A DNA stretch of 64,000 nt from contig CM075997.1 of assembly GCA_038087875.1 (NCBI GenBank), positions 1,304,001-1,368,000 of the forward strand, in the 5' to 3' direction. The position numbers and the translations under genes are program-made. This stretch comes from Malacoraja senta. Taxonomy: Eukaryota. This document shows, one piece after another, positions 12,146 to 24,352 of this stretch. The notes under the pieces were generated by a model. It worked only from the letters and a program-made list of their open reading frames with translations. It searched no databases and was not told the DNA's origin. Position 1 is the stretch's first letter; each line of letters opens with the position of its first letter.

Positions 12146-13598
12146 TAAAGACACACAGTGCTGGAGAAACTCAGCGGGTCAGGCAGCATCTCTGTAGAAC
12201 ATGGATAGGTGACGTTTTGGGTAAGGACCCTCTTCAGACTCCCTGTATCTCCCTTTCCCTTAAGAAAGACACACAGTGTAGCAATGTTACAAAATTTTGA
12301 GATTTTAAAAATCAAGTCTGCAATTTATCCCATCAGATAAAGCATAAAAAGAAGTTTAATTTGACACCTAATTCACTTTCATATCTTCAGTATTAAAAAA
12401 GTTATGGCTTTTTTCATACTCGGAAATTAGCATCTTGTTCCCTATTGCTTTTCTATTGACTTGTGATCAAGGACAGTCAAAAGCCCATAACTTTCTTAAA
12501 AATTTAGAGAACTGAATGAAATTTTCAGTTATTATAGATTGAAGCATTCTGAAACAAATATGAAATAATCTTACTTGGATGACCTGAAATTAAAGCATAT
12601 AATTAGTTAGTTACCCAATTGTAGCTAATTACAAAATTCAATTGCTAGATCTAAACATCTATCCATTTCTTAAGAAAAGGTTAACATTTTTAAAAAGCCT
12701 AAGTGTCCAAATAACATTCACACAAGAATTCACAATATAACATGATTTTTAAATCTCATTGTCATGAATTTATAGGCCAAACAGAAGGAATTTAGTGTTT
12801 AATTCCTGTAAATTAATGGGCATTTAAATCATCTTGCGAGTGAGATTTTGTGGAACGCGCTGGTTTGGAACGTTGCGGTTGCAGTGAATTAAACCCCAAT
12901 ATCGGCAGGAAAAATACTGCCGGTTCGTATATTTACATAATCACATTTTTGCAACTTGAAATTTTTATTAAAGGCATCCTAAGAAGCAAGTTTATATAAA
13001 AAAATAAACGGTGTACCTTGCCTTGTCCCCTACGTGAGATCCATCCGGTTGACGGCATTTGAAGATGATTTTAATTTTACTCCAACAATTAAATTATAAA
13101 GCGCTAATTTTAATAAACTTAATAAAACGGCAGTCGATGCGATTTTTCTTTAGCGGCTAAACAGCCTGACAGAGATCGATTTGATTAGACTGCACAAATA
13201 TCGCATTTTAAAACCCGCCCCCCTCTCAAAGACGCCAAAGTCGCGCACACGGGCTGTGGCAGAACTGCAGCACCGCTGAAGATAAGTTTTGTAACATACC
13301 TACACAGTGCTGGAGTAACTCAGCGGGTCAGGCAGCATCTCTGTAGAACATGGAGAGGTGACGTTTTGGGTAAGGACCCTTCTTCAGAGTCGCCTGTATC
13401 TTCCCTTCCCTTAAGAAAGACACACAGCGCTGGAGTAACTCAGCGGGTCAGGCAGCATCTCTGTAGAACATGGATAGGTGACATTTTGGGTAGGGGTCCT
13501 TCTTCAGACTCGCCTGTATCTTCCCTTCCCTTAAAAAAGACACACATTGCTGGAGTAACTCAGGCAGCAACTCCGGAGAACATGGATAGGTGACGTTT
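12146..13598 (-). repeat. Tandem array (~4 x ~120 bp) of PLE terminal-repeat units, unit 2 interrupted by a DNA transposon
   Basis: aagacacacagtgctggagtaactcagcgggtcaggcagcatctctgtagaacatgga... recurs at ~12147, 12266/13303, 13417 and 13537. Confidence 0.85.
12279..13302. mobile_element. Non-autonomous DNA transposon, ~1 kb
   Basis: Imperfect TIRs TAGCAATGTTACAAAA / TTTTGTAACATACCTA; target duplication CACAGTG (12272-12278, 13303-13309); AT-rich non-coding interior. Confidence 0.85.
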
Positions 13599-14599
13599 CC
13601 TGGTGACCAGTTGGTGATGCTGCAGAATTACAGGCCTGTAAACACAAAAACACACCGATGAATACTCACCGAACAATAATCAATAATACAAAACTCGATA
13701 AAGACCCAAAGCACTAGAGTCACTCAGTGGGTCAGGCAGCATCTCTGGAGAACATAAATTGGGGCCATTTCAGGTCGGGACCCATCAAAGATGCTGCCAG
13801 ACCCGCGGAGTTACTCCAGCACTTAGTGTCTTTTTTTTGTTGAGCCAGTTACTTGTGCTTCCACGATTTCCTTGGGTGCGGAGAATTTCTTGTGAATTTT
13901 TCTCACTGCCACATTGGAAATATACGTAGCCACCACCAGGGTACCGAGACTACGATTTGTTGTTGCTCAGTTTGTACCACGGCTTCTCTGCAGCTTTGAT
14001 CAAGTCCTGTCATAGTGATATCCATTGTCATTTAAGCAGACCATGCAGATGGTGAAAATCTAGCGCCGAGTTCTGGAGACTATCAGCACACAATACAGAC
14101 TGCAGAGATAATGTTTCATTAGCTCAGATGTTACTTCTTTGAGTTGAAGCATGAACACTGTGCCTCTCCACACAGAGGCTGCCTGACCTGCTGAATATTT
14201 ACTCCAGATTTTTGGTTTTAGTCTTTCTCCAGGTGATTGTCCACACTTTGATCAACTGTTCACCTGTAGGCAAACTATGTTAGATAAATGTGTCTATTTA
14301 CCATCCCTTTTATCCCCCCAAATGATAGGCTTATGTCAAGCTGTGCTTTAGTTATAGTTTTCAGTGTGATCCACCTATTCCTCCTGTACCTTTTCATCTT
14401 TCTAGTTTCCCTCTCCCCTGACTCTCACTAGTTTCCCTCTCCCCTGTCTCGACCCAAAACGCCACCTATTCCTTTTCTCCAGAGATGCTGCCTGACCTGC
14501 TGAGTCACTCCAGCATTTTGTGTCTCACCAGCATCTGCCGTTCCTTCCTACACATCCTAGTAGAACCGTGATGAATACTGGGGAAGTGAACACTGTTCT

Positions 14600-15490
14600 A
14601 TGAGTCACAGAGTCATACAGCACGGAAACAGGCCCATCAGTCCATCTTGCCCAACCTGACCAATATGCCCAATCTACACTAGTCCCACCTGCCTACTTTT
14701 GGCACATATCTCGCTAAACCTTTCTTCTCCATGTACCTGTCTAAATGTTTCTTAACTGTTGTGATAGTGCCAGCCTCAACTACCTTCTCCGGCAGCTCAT
14801 TCCATATGTTCAAGAGGAACTGCAGATGCTGGAAAATCGAAGGTAGACAAAAATGCTGGAGAAACTCAGTGGGTGCGGCAGCATCTATGGAGGGAAGGAA
14901 ATAGGCAACGTTTCGGGCCGAAACCCTTCTTCAGACCGAAGAAGGGTTTCAGCCTGAAACGTTGCCTATTTCCTTCGCTCCATAGATGCTGCCGCACCCA
15001 CTGAGTTTCTCCTGCATTTTTGTTTAGCTCATTCCATATACCTATCACTCTTTGTGTAAAAAAAAAAGTTGCCCCTCAGGTTCCTATTAAATCTAATTGT
15101 CATCTTAAACGTATGTCCACTGGTTCTTTGGGTAAATGACTTTGTGCATCTAACTTATCTATTTCCACATGATCGTATACACCTCTATCCTTCTGCGCTC
15201 CAAGGGATAAAGTCCTAGCCTGCTCACCCTTTCCCGATAACTCAGGCCCTCCTGTCCTGGCAATATCCTCGTAAGTCCTTTCATCCTTTCCAACATACTT
15301 CCTAAAACAAGGTGACCAAAACTGATCACAATACTCTAAATATGGCCTCATCAATGTCTTCATAAGTTGTAAGAGCAGAATTAGGCCATTCGGCCCATCA
15401 AGTCTACTCCGCCATTCAATCATGGCTGATCTATCTTTCCCTCTCAACCCCATTCTCCTGCCTTGTACAACTGTGGCATGACCTCCCAAC
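14600..15490 (-). mobile_element. CR1 fragment(s) interrupted by an inverted PLE repeat pair (~14808-15023)
   Basis: RPYLEYCDQFWSP motif; PLE pair flanked by the direct repeat AGCTCATTCCATAT. Confidence 0.75.
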
Positions 15491-15624
15491 TTCTATACAC
15501 AATGTCACACGGATTTTGGACACCAAAGCAGTAAATGTCTAGTAGAAAGTGGAATTACATTACTGTGGTAAAGGGTTGAAGCTGTCACATATAACATCAT
15601 TTTAATCTGTAATTAAATTTCCAG

Positions 15625-15724
15625 AGAGAAGCAAAAGGTGGTCAAAGTTGGAACAGGTGACGAAGACGGACCTAAAACTAAAAAAGTCAAGATTGATCCA
15701 AATGAAACCACAATGATCAAAAAG
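15625..15724 (+). CDS. SAE1: SAE1 internal exon (equivalent of human exon 5)
   Basis: tttccag acceptor and AAG|gtatgt donor; 100 nt, phase-compatible with the previous exon. Encodes EKQKVVKVGTGDEDGPKTKKVKIDPNETTMIKK (human EKTKVAKVSQGVEDGPDTKRAKLDSSETTMVKK). Confidence 0.95.
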
Positions 15725-15754
15725 GTATGTAAACTAGTTGTCTGGTTTTGGTTT

Positions 15755-16060
15755 TAGTTTTTTAGTTTTAGAGATACAGAGCGGAAACAGGCCCTTCGGC
15801 CCACCAGGTCCACGCCGACCAGCGATCCCCGCACACTAACACCATCCTACACCCACTAGAGACAATTTTTACATTTACCAAGCCAATTAACCTACAAACC
15901 TGCACGTCTTTGGAGTGTGGGAGGAAACTGAAGATCTCGGAGAAAACCCCGCATGTCACGGGGAGAACGTACAAGGCAGCACCCGTAGTCGGGATCAAAC
16001 CTGGGTCTCCGGCGCTGCGTTCGCTGTAAGGCAGCAACTCTACCGCTGCGCCACCGTGAC
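15755..16060 (-). mobile_element. V-SINE (HE1-like), ~30 nt downstream of an SAE1 donor
   Basis: Full structure on the minus strand. Confidence 0.85.
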
Positions 16061-19000
16061 CGGCCTAAAGGTTGTGGGAGGAAACCGGAGTAAACCCGCG
16101 CGGTCGCCGGGAGAACGTGCAAACGGGTCAAACTGGGGTTGCGGCATTTCTTTGAGGAGGCACGCAAGCATTCTTGGAAAGTTTCCCTTGCCCTCTCGGT
16201 GATCTCTCCCCGTGATTGAGCTGGGGAAAGAGTTTGTCTGTGTGAGGTGCCCGGTGTCGGGCGTGTGAGGACAAGGCTGGGCACTGGAACTCGCTGAGTG
16301 TGGCTGTGGACTCGCTGCACTCGGCATCCGATTACACTCTCCGCACATCAGGTGGAGCGGGAGACCGAGGGCTGGATCCAACTCGACCAACAGATGGCAG
16401 CTCTGCTTTACTATTCTGCCTGCTTGCGGACAGAATTCACATTTTTACAATTCAATTATTATACATAATGTTTTTCTGACCCACAAAGGTTGAAAACAGA
16501 GCTGCCTGTTTACCAAGTACTTACTGTAATCTCTCAATGGATGCTGATTAGATTTGTACCTGACTGACACAAATGAGTGCAGCAGCAGTAGTGAGTGAGT
16601 GGTGATTGTGTTCAGCTTACTTGGTTGAAGGTCTTGCAGATATTTCTAGTCTGCTACGACCTTCCGATCTAGAGAACAGTCCTAAACTATTATCTACCTC
16701 TTTGGTGACCCTCGGACTATCCTTGAACGGACTTTGCTGGCTTTACCTTGCACTAAATGTTATTCCCTTATCATGTATCCATGCACTGTAAATGGCCGGA
16801 TTGTAATCATGTGTTGTCTATCTGCTGACTGGATAGCACACAACAAAAAGCTTTTCCCTGTACCCCGGTGCAAGTGACAATAAACTAAACTGAAACTGAA
16901 CTGAGATGCAGTTTAGTTTAGAGATACAGCGCGGAAACAGGCCCTTCGGCGCACCTAGTCCCCGCCAACCAGCGATCCCCGCACACGAACGTTATCCAAC
17001 ACGCACTAGGGATCATTTACAATTATACCGAAGCCAATTCACCTACAGACCTGTACGTCTTTGGGGTGTGGATGGAAACCGCAGCACCCGGGCAAAACCC
17101 ACGCATCCCATTTTTAGCATCCTACACACTAGGGGGTAATTTACAGAAGCCAATTTAACCTATAAAATTGCACCTTAGAAATGCGGTAGGAAACCGGAGC
17201 ACCTGGAGAAACCCACGCAGTCACGGGGAGCACGTACAAACTCCGCACAGACAAGCACCCGTAGTCAGGACGGAACCCGGGTGCCTGGCGCTGTAAGGCA
17301 GCAACTCTACCAGTGCACCAGCGTGCCACCCCAGTTGCTCAGAAGATGCCATCGTGGCTGTACTTCTGGCTGTTTGCCACCTTTTCCTCACCATCAGAAT
17401 ATTAGCGTCTGGCCTCAGTTGTCGCCTGGAGGATGCTATAAATGTTTGGCATTCAGAAACTTCTGCATTAGAAAGTGATTGATGGGGATAATCCCACTGA
17501 CATGTTTGAAGAGGTTTCGGATTCTTGCTAGCATTAGGCACGGTGTCTGTTTTTCAATGAGAAGGGAAAGCTGAAAAATGATCCGACGGCAGACTGCAAC
17601 ATCATGAAGTATTTGCGTTGGATGGACATGGAGAAAGTGCTAGTGTATGGGTTAGAGCGTGATCAAGGTATTCGGCAAGAAATCCAAGAAGGAATTCTTG
17701 ACAAAAATGACTTATGCAAAGAGTGGTGAGAATGTGGAACTCGCTCCAGCAGAGAGTGACTGAAGCAGGTGAGGGCTGGCTGGACAAGCAACTGGGAGAA
17801 AAGCACTTGACAGAGAAGGGCACGGAGAGTTTTCTCAAGAGATACAGCACGGAAACAGGTCCTTCGGCCCACCGAGTGCGCGCTAACCAGCGATCCTCGC
17901 ACACTAACGCTATCCTGCACACACTAGGGCCAATTTACAACGATGCCAAGCCTATTAACCGACAAACCTGCACGTCTTTGGAGTGTGGGAGGAAACCAGA
18001 GCACCTGGAGAAAACCCACGCAGGTCACGGGGAGAATGTACAAACTCTGCACAGACAAGCACCCGTAGTCAGGATCCAACCCGGGTCTCTGGCACTGTTA
18101 GGCAGCAACTCTACCCCTGCACCACCTTATTTAGAAAGATTTTGGTATGAAAGGTTTGTAGGGGGCTCAAGTGGACCACATGTGGCAAAATGGACTATTT
18201 GGATGTGAGGGCCTGTTTCAATTCATGCGCCATTATATTTGATGGATAGGAAAGGTTCAGAGGAATATATGTGAAATGCGGGCAAATGGGTCTAACTCAG
18301 ATGACTACTTTGTAGGCATAGATGAGTTGGGCTGAAGGGCCTGTTTCTTACTGTATGACTCCTTGACTTGACTCTATGTCCTGGTTCTTAAATAAATGTG
18401 AATGAAATGGTAACTGCGGTCCCATGGTACGAGTAGGTAGCTCCTTTCATGGGTGTTTCGTTGAGTTCAGCCCATGACACATTAGCGGTGCTGGCTCGTA
18501 GGGCCGAATGGCCTCCTCCTGCACCTGTTTTCTATGTTTCTACCTCGGGAATGGCTCAACAGTTAGTTCTGGCGTCCCAGAACCACCTCCCCATTAAATT
18601 AATGTTCATCGTCATCGGGATTTGAAAGGAGGTATTTTATGACTCGTCCATTCACAAAACCCATGCATCGTTGGACACCATTATACATCTAATCTGTGTG
18701 GGCGCATCTCATCCTTGTGAACATGGTCGTACTCTTGCATTATGGCATACAGTGGTGTTATGGGTGTTCCGATGGTCCCAAAGCTGACTGAGCTAAGTGT
18801 AAAACCTCCGACAGCATCTATCTGTTGGGAAGCACATTTTTAAGGGGGGTTTTGGATAGGCCCTTTGACATATTGCTGAAGCCACAAGTTTGGCTTGTGG
18901 CTGGTAAGACAAGCCACTGCAAAATACCTTAAATTGCGAAAGTATTCTCAAAACTTCCTGGCAACTTTTGGAAGAGATCGGAGTAGAAATACCAGATGGA

Positions 19001-20181
19001 AGATAACGTTATCTTTTAGTGTGTCGGAAGGAACTGCAGATGCTGGTTTAAACCGAAGGTAGACACCGAAGGGCGGCACTGTGGCGCAGCGGTAGAGTTG
19101 CTGCCTTACAGCCCTTACAGCGCCAGAGACCCGGGTTCGATCCCGACTACGGGTGTGTACGGAGTTTTACGTTCTCCCCGTGACTGCGTGGGTTTTTCTC
19201 TGAGAACGTGGGGTTTTCTCCAAAGACGTACGGGTTTGTAGGTTACAAACCTTGGAGTGTTTGATAGAATGGTGTGGAAGGATCTTTACCCTGTACCTAT
19301 CTTATCATCCTGAAAGAATAAACACCAAGTGCTGGAGTAATTAATAAATCAATTTTGTCTGTGGAATTCTCTGCCTCAGAGGGCGGTGGAGGCGGGTTCT
19401 CTGGTTGCTTTCAAGAGAGAGCTAGATAGGGCTTTTAAAGATAGCAGAGTCAGGGGATATGGGGAGAAGGCAGGAACGGGTACTGATTGGGGATGATCAG
19501 CCATGATTACACTGAATGGCAGTGCTGGCTCGAAGGGCCACTCCTATGTGAAGGAGGCCTACTCCTGCACCTATTGTCTGTTGTCTATAGACACAAAAGC
19601 TGGAGTAACTCAGACTCAAAGAAGGGTCTCGACCCGAAACGTCACCTATTCCTCTTCTCCCGAGATGCTGCCTGACCCGTTGAGTTACTCCAGCATTTAG
19701 TGTCCATGTTATCCCTTAAAGCAGGTTGTTAATTAGGGCCAATGACTGAGGTACCAGACATCTGTGTTACAGGCATTGTAAATGAATGGTACCTTGTGGC
19801 ACTCAATGCTAATGTATTGGGGGGAATCCCATTCCTTTGTGTATTATGTGAGGTTAATGGTATCCAAGGAATCTGCTGTCTTTTGTCAGCAGGTTCAGAG
19901 GCCACTGTGGAATTCCCCTGCCGTGCTGACCCCCCCCCCCCCCCACCCCACCCCACCCCCTCCTCAACTCTCCCTTGATTAGCACCAGCTAAATGCAGTG
20001 TTGTTAAAGCTCGGATGTAAGGGTGCATAAATCAGTCAAGTAGTGAAGAGTTTCCGCTTCCACAGATCAAAGCAGACGCTGCTGAGGAAATGTGGAATGG
20101 TTCATCATCATCGCCTGCTGTGATCTGACGTTTTCACACCATACCCCTCCATGTCTCTAGACTCCCTCTCCCCTGACTCTC

Positions 20182-20215
20182 GGTCTGAAGAAGGGTCCCG
20201 ACCCGAAACGTCACC
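20182..20215 (+). ncRNA. Minimal type I hammerhead ribozyme motif, sense to SAE1 intron
   Basis: GGU CUGAAGA A GGGU-CCCG-ACCC GAAAC GUC ACC; 3-bp stem I GGU/ACC. Confidence 0.7.
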
Positions 20216-20614
20216 CATTCCTTCTCTCCAGAAATGCTGCCTGTCCCGCCGAGTTACTCCATCTGCAGTTCCTTCCTGCACACTCAGTCCCAAAACCCTT
20301 TCAATGATTCAGTGTCTTGGCCCTGACCTGGAGCTTCAGAAACCACGCATTGATGCCTTGTTCATTTTGAATTAATATTGTTGGTTCATCACCCTCGAAT
20401 GTCCTCTCTACAAACTTTAAAGCAAACACACACTCTATCTTGTGGGTTACAGTTCAAAGAACAGCAAGGCTTCTGGTGACCAAATTCTGCTTTGACTGTT
20501 TAGTCAAAGAATCTAATCTGCTGCTGTAGAGACGTCTTTCTGCAATTAAGCTCACTAATTCCCATTTGAAATTAAATGCCAGTGCTACTGGTGTAATACG
20601 GAATGGCTTGCAGC

Positions 20615-20975
20615 ACATTTAGAGTCACAGAGTGATACAGCGTGGAAACAGGCCCTTCGGCCCAACTGGCCCACACCGGCCAACATGTCCCAGCTACACT
20701 GTTCCCACCTGCCTGCGTTTGGCCCATATCCCTCCAAACCTGTCTTATCCATGTACCTATCTAACTGTTTCTTAAATGTTGGGATAGTCCCAGCCTCAAC
20801 GACCTCCTCTGGCAGCTCGTTCGATACACCCACCACCCCTTGTGTAAAAAAATTATCTCTCAGATTCCTATTCAATCTTTTCCCTTTTCACCTTAAACTT
20901 ATGTCCTCTGGTCCTCGATTCACCTACTCTGAGCAAGAGACTCAGTGCATCTACCTGATCTATTCCCCTCATTAT
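20615..20975 (-). mobile_element. CR1-clade LINE 3' fragment
   Basis: NRNLRDNFFTQGVVGVSNELPEEVVEAGTIPTFKKQLDRYM. Confidence 0.85.
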
Positions 20976-21453
20976 TTTATACCATCATTTCTCCGGGATT
21001 GTTCCAAAAGGTTTTAATTTAAATTTAATTTTAATTTAAATTTTAATTTAGTGATATATCATGGAACCAGGTTGTTCAGCCCACCAGGTCCATTGTAAAT
21101 GAAGGTACCTCGTGGCATTGAATGGCATTCAATTCTAATGTATTGGGAATGGTCCATTCTCTGCATATCCATGTGCCTATCTAAAAGCCTCTTCGATACC
21201 ACTATCGTATCTGCATCCACCACCACCCCTGGCAGCATGTTCCAGCACCTACCACTCTTTGTGTAAAAAAAACTTGCCACGCACATCTTTAAACTTTCTC
21301 TCTCTGATTAGTTTAGTTGAGAGATACTGCGCGGAAGCAAGCTTTTAGACCCACCGAGTCCACACCAACCAGCGATCCCCGCACTTGAACACTGCCCTAA
21401 ACACACGAGGGACAATTTTACATTTACACCAAGCCAATTAACCTACAAACCTG

Positions 21454-21900
21454 AGGTACACAAAAATGCTGGAGAAACTCAGCGGGTGCAGCAGCATCTA
21501 TGGAGCGAAGGAAACAGGTAACGTTTCGGGCCGAAACCCTTCTTCAGACTGATAGGGGGTGGGGAGAAGAAAGGAAAAAAGGACAAAGGCGGAGGAGGAG
21601 CCCGAGGGCTGGGGGAGGGGAGGAGACAACCAGATGGCTGATGAAGGGGAGGGGACAGCAAGGGCTAGCAGAATTGGGAGAATTCAATGTTGAGGCCCCC
21701 AGGATGTAGACTGCCCAAGCGGAATATGAGGTGCATTTCCTCCAATTTACGGTGTTGCTCGCTGTGGCCATGGAGGAGACCCAGGACAGAGAGGTCAGAT
21801 ACGGAATGGGAGGGGGAGTTGAAGTGCTGAGCCACCGGGAGTTCAGGTTGGTTATTGCGGACCGACCGGAGACTGTTCCACACCCAACTCTCTCTCCGGA
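21454..21900 (-). mobile_element. Penelope-like element 3' fragment: GIY-YIG endonuclease C-terminus plus terminal repeat with hammerhead motif
   Basis: Minus-strand peptide ELPVAQHFNSPSHSVSDLSVLGLLHGHSEQHRKLEEMHLIFRLGSLHPGGLNIEFSQF* (stop at 21665), followed on the same strand by CTGAAGAAGGGTTTCGGCCCGAAACGTT. 14-bp TSD AACCTACAAACCTG at 21440-21453 and 21901-21914. Confidence 0.88.
21517..21549 (-). ncRNA. Minimal type I hammerhead ribozyme motif (PLE-associated, GUU subfamily)
   Basis: GU CUGAAGA A GGGU-UUCG-GCCC GAAAC GUU AC: full catalytic core, stem II with UUCG loop, palindromic ACGU helix III. Confidence 0.7.
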
Positions 21901-22574
21901 AACCTACAAACCTGTGCGTCTTTGGAGTGTGGGAGGGAAACCGAAGATCTCGGAGAAATCCCACGGGGAGAACGTACGAACTCCGTACAGACAGCACCCA
22001 TCGTCAGGATCGAACCTGGGTCTCTGGCGCTGTGAGGCAGCAACTCTACCGCTGCGCCACCGTGCCTCAATATTATAATTATGAGACGCTAACCAATACA
22101 CTGCCTTCCCCATTTTAGTGTTGTCTGCTAATTTGATACGTTGCCAATAATTTTCACAATCTGAGTGATTTGTGTAGTTGAGGATAATGAAGGTGAACCA
22201 GAAGAGAGTCTGCCAATGTTGGTGATGTAAGATGTTTTTCTCAAGTTTGTTCACAGTTCTCTGAACTTGTGTCCATAGCTATTTTCTGCAGTGTAGCTGT
22301 CTGATTTGATTTGTCATTTAGACTAGTGCTGAGGCTCAGAAAGTTACCAGAGACCTGTGTGTGGTTTAGATTATTTTTGTTATTCTATTATCTAGCTTAT
22401 ATAGACCAATAGAAGCCATGCTGCCGTACAGAATGGAATATCTTGTGGTCTTTGTGCAAAGACCATTATGAGGTGTGTCCACAAGTGGGTTCATTTTCCA
22501 TGAAATGTGGTTTTTGTGGATCGTACTCCTTTCAGAGAAGACTATACGCTTATCTGAAAATCTAGAACTATGTG

Positions 22575-23222
<648 letters not shown>

Positions 23223-23534
23223 TTTCTTATCATTTTATGTAAGTCTTGTCAACTTTGTTTTCAGAACCATGTTATAAATCTGCGTTACCATCAAATGTGT
23301 TAAAGTGATCAAATCTCTAAATAGAGCTCCAAAGATAACGTGGACAGAGTGGCTACTGACCGTGGAACTGAATGATTTACAGGGCCCAGGGTTATTATCT
23401 GATGATTTAGACTAACTCGAGTGTCTTTGGGTCACTGCCAGAACCATCTGAGAGTTAAATAACATGGATGGTTATTTTGGGGACACAAAGCACAATTGGC
23501 AAAGGGCGTTCAGCAATTTGAAACTGCACCACGT

Positions 23535-23882
23535 TAGCCCATAACCCAACGGTATGAATATTCATCTCTCTAGCTTCAAGTCACCCTTGCTTTCCCATTC
23601 TCTCCATCCCTCCCGCACCCTAGTTCTTCGACCAGTCTGACTGTGCTCCTGAATACATTTTTGCCAACTTCCCCAGCTAACAATGCTCTGTTCTACATTT
23701 TCCTTGAACTTTGTCCCCTTTGATCTCTTGTTTTTACACCTTACCCTAACATATCTTTGTGTCTCCCCCTTTCCCCTGACTCTCAGTCTGAATAAGGGTC
23801 TTGACCCGAAACATCACCCGTTCCTTTTATCTAGAGATGCTGCTTGTCCCGCAAAGTTACTCCAGCATTCTGTGTCTATCTT
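23535..23882 (+). mobile_element. Penelope-like element 3' UTR/terminal repeat, degenerate
   Basis: caacggtatgaatattcatctctctagcttcaag is the same ORF end as at 43450; followed by a degenerate hammerhead at ~23787-23818. Confidence 0.7.
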
Positions 23883-23954
23883 AGTTCGAAGGCAGATATA
23901 GATTCAGTTTTGTTATCTGTCATATAGACCAGGCTGCAATAAAATTGTAACACA

Positions 23955-24352
23955 CCTCACGCTGCCTCGGCATGGCCAGCAGCATAATCAATAACGAATC
24001 GCACCCTGGCCACTCCCTCTTCTCACCTCTCCCATCAGGCAAAAAAGTGCAGAAGTGTGCAAATGCACACCTCCAAATTCAGGGACAGTTTCTTCCCAGC
24101 TGTTATCAGGCAACTGAACCATCCTACCACAACCAGAGAGCAGCGCTGAACTACTATCTACCTCATTAGTGACCCTCAGACTATCCTTCATCGGACTTTG
24201 CTGGCTTTACTTTGCACTAAACGTTATTCCCTTATCATGTATCTATATACTGTGAATGGCTCAATTGAAATCATGTATTGTCTTTCCGCTGACTGGATAG
24301 CATGCAACAAAAGCTTTTCACTGTACCTCGTTACATGTGACCATAAACTAAA
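23955..24352 (+). mobile_element. Rex1/Babar-like LINE 3' fragment
   Basis: ASSIINNESHPGHSLFSPLPSGK; its 3' UTR recurs at ~5560-5790, 16670-16890 and 54590-54925 (minus). Confidence 0.7.

Noticed and set aside
12272..12278. CACAGTG as V(D)J RSS heptamer or Transib end
   Set aside because: It belongs to the host repeat/TSD; no nonamer at 12/23 spacing and no Ig/TCR segments.
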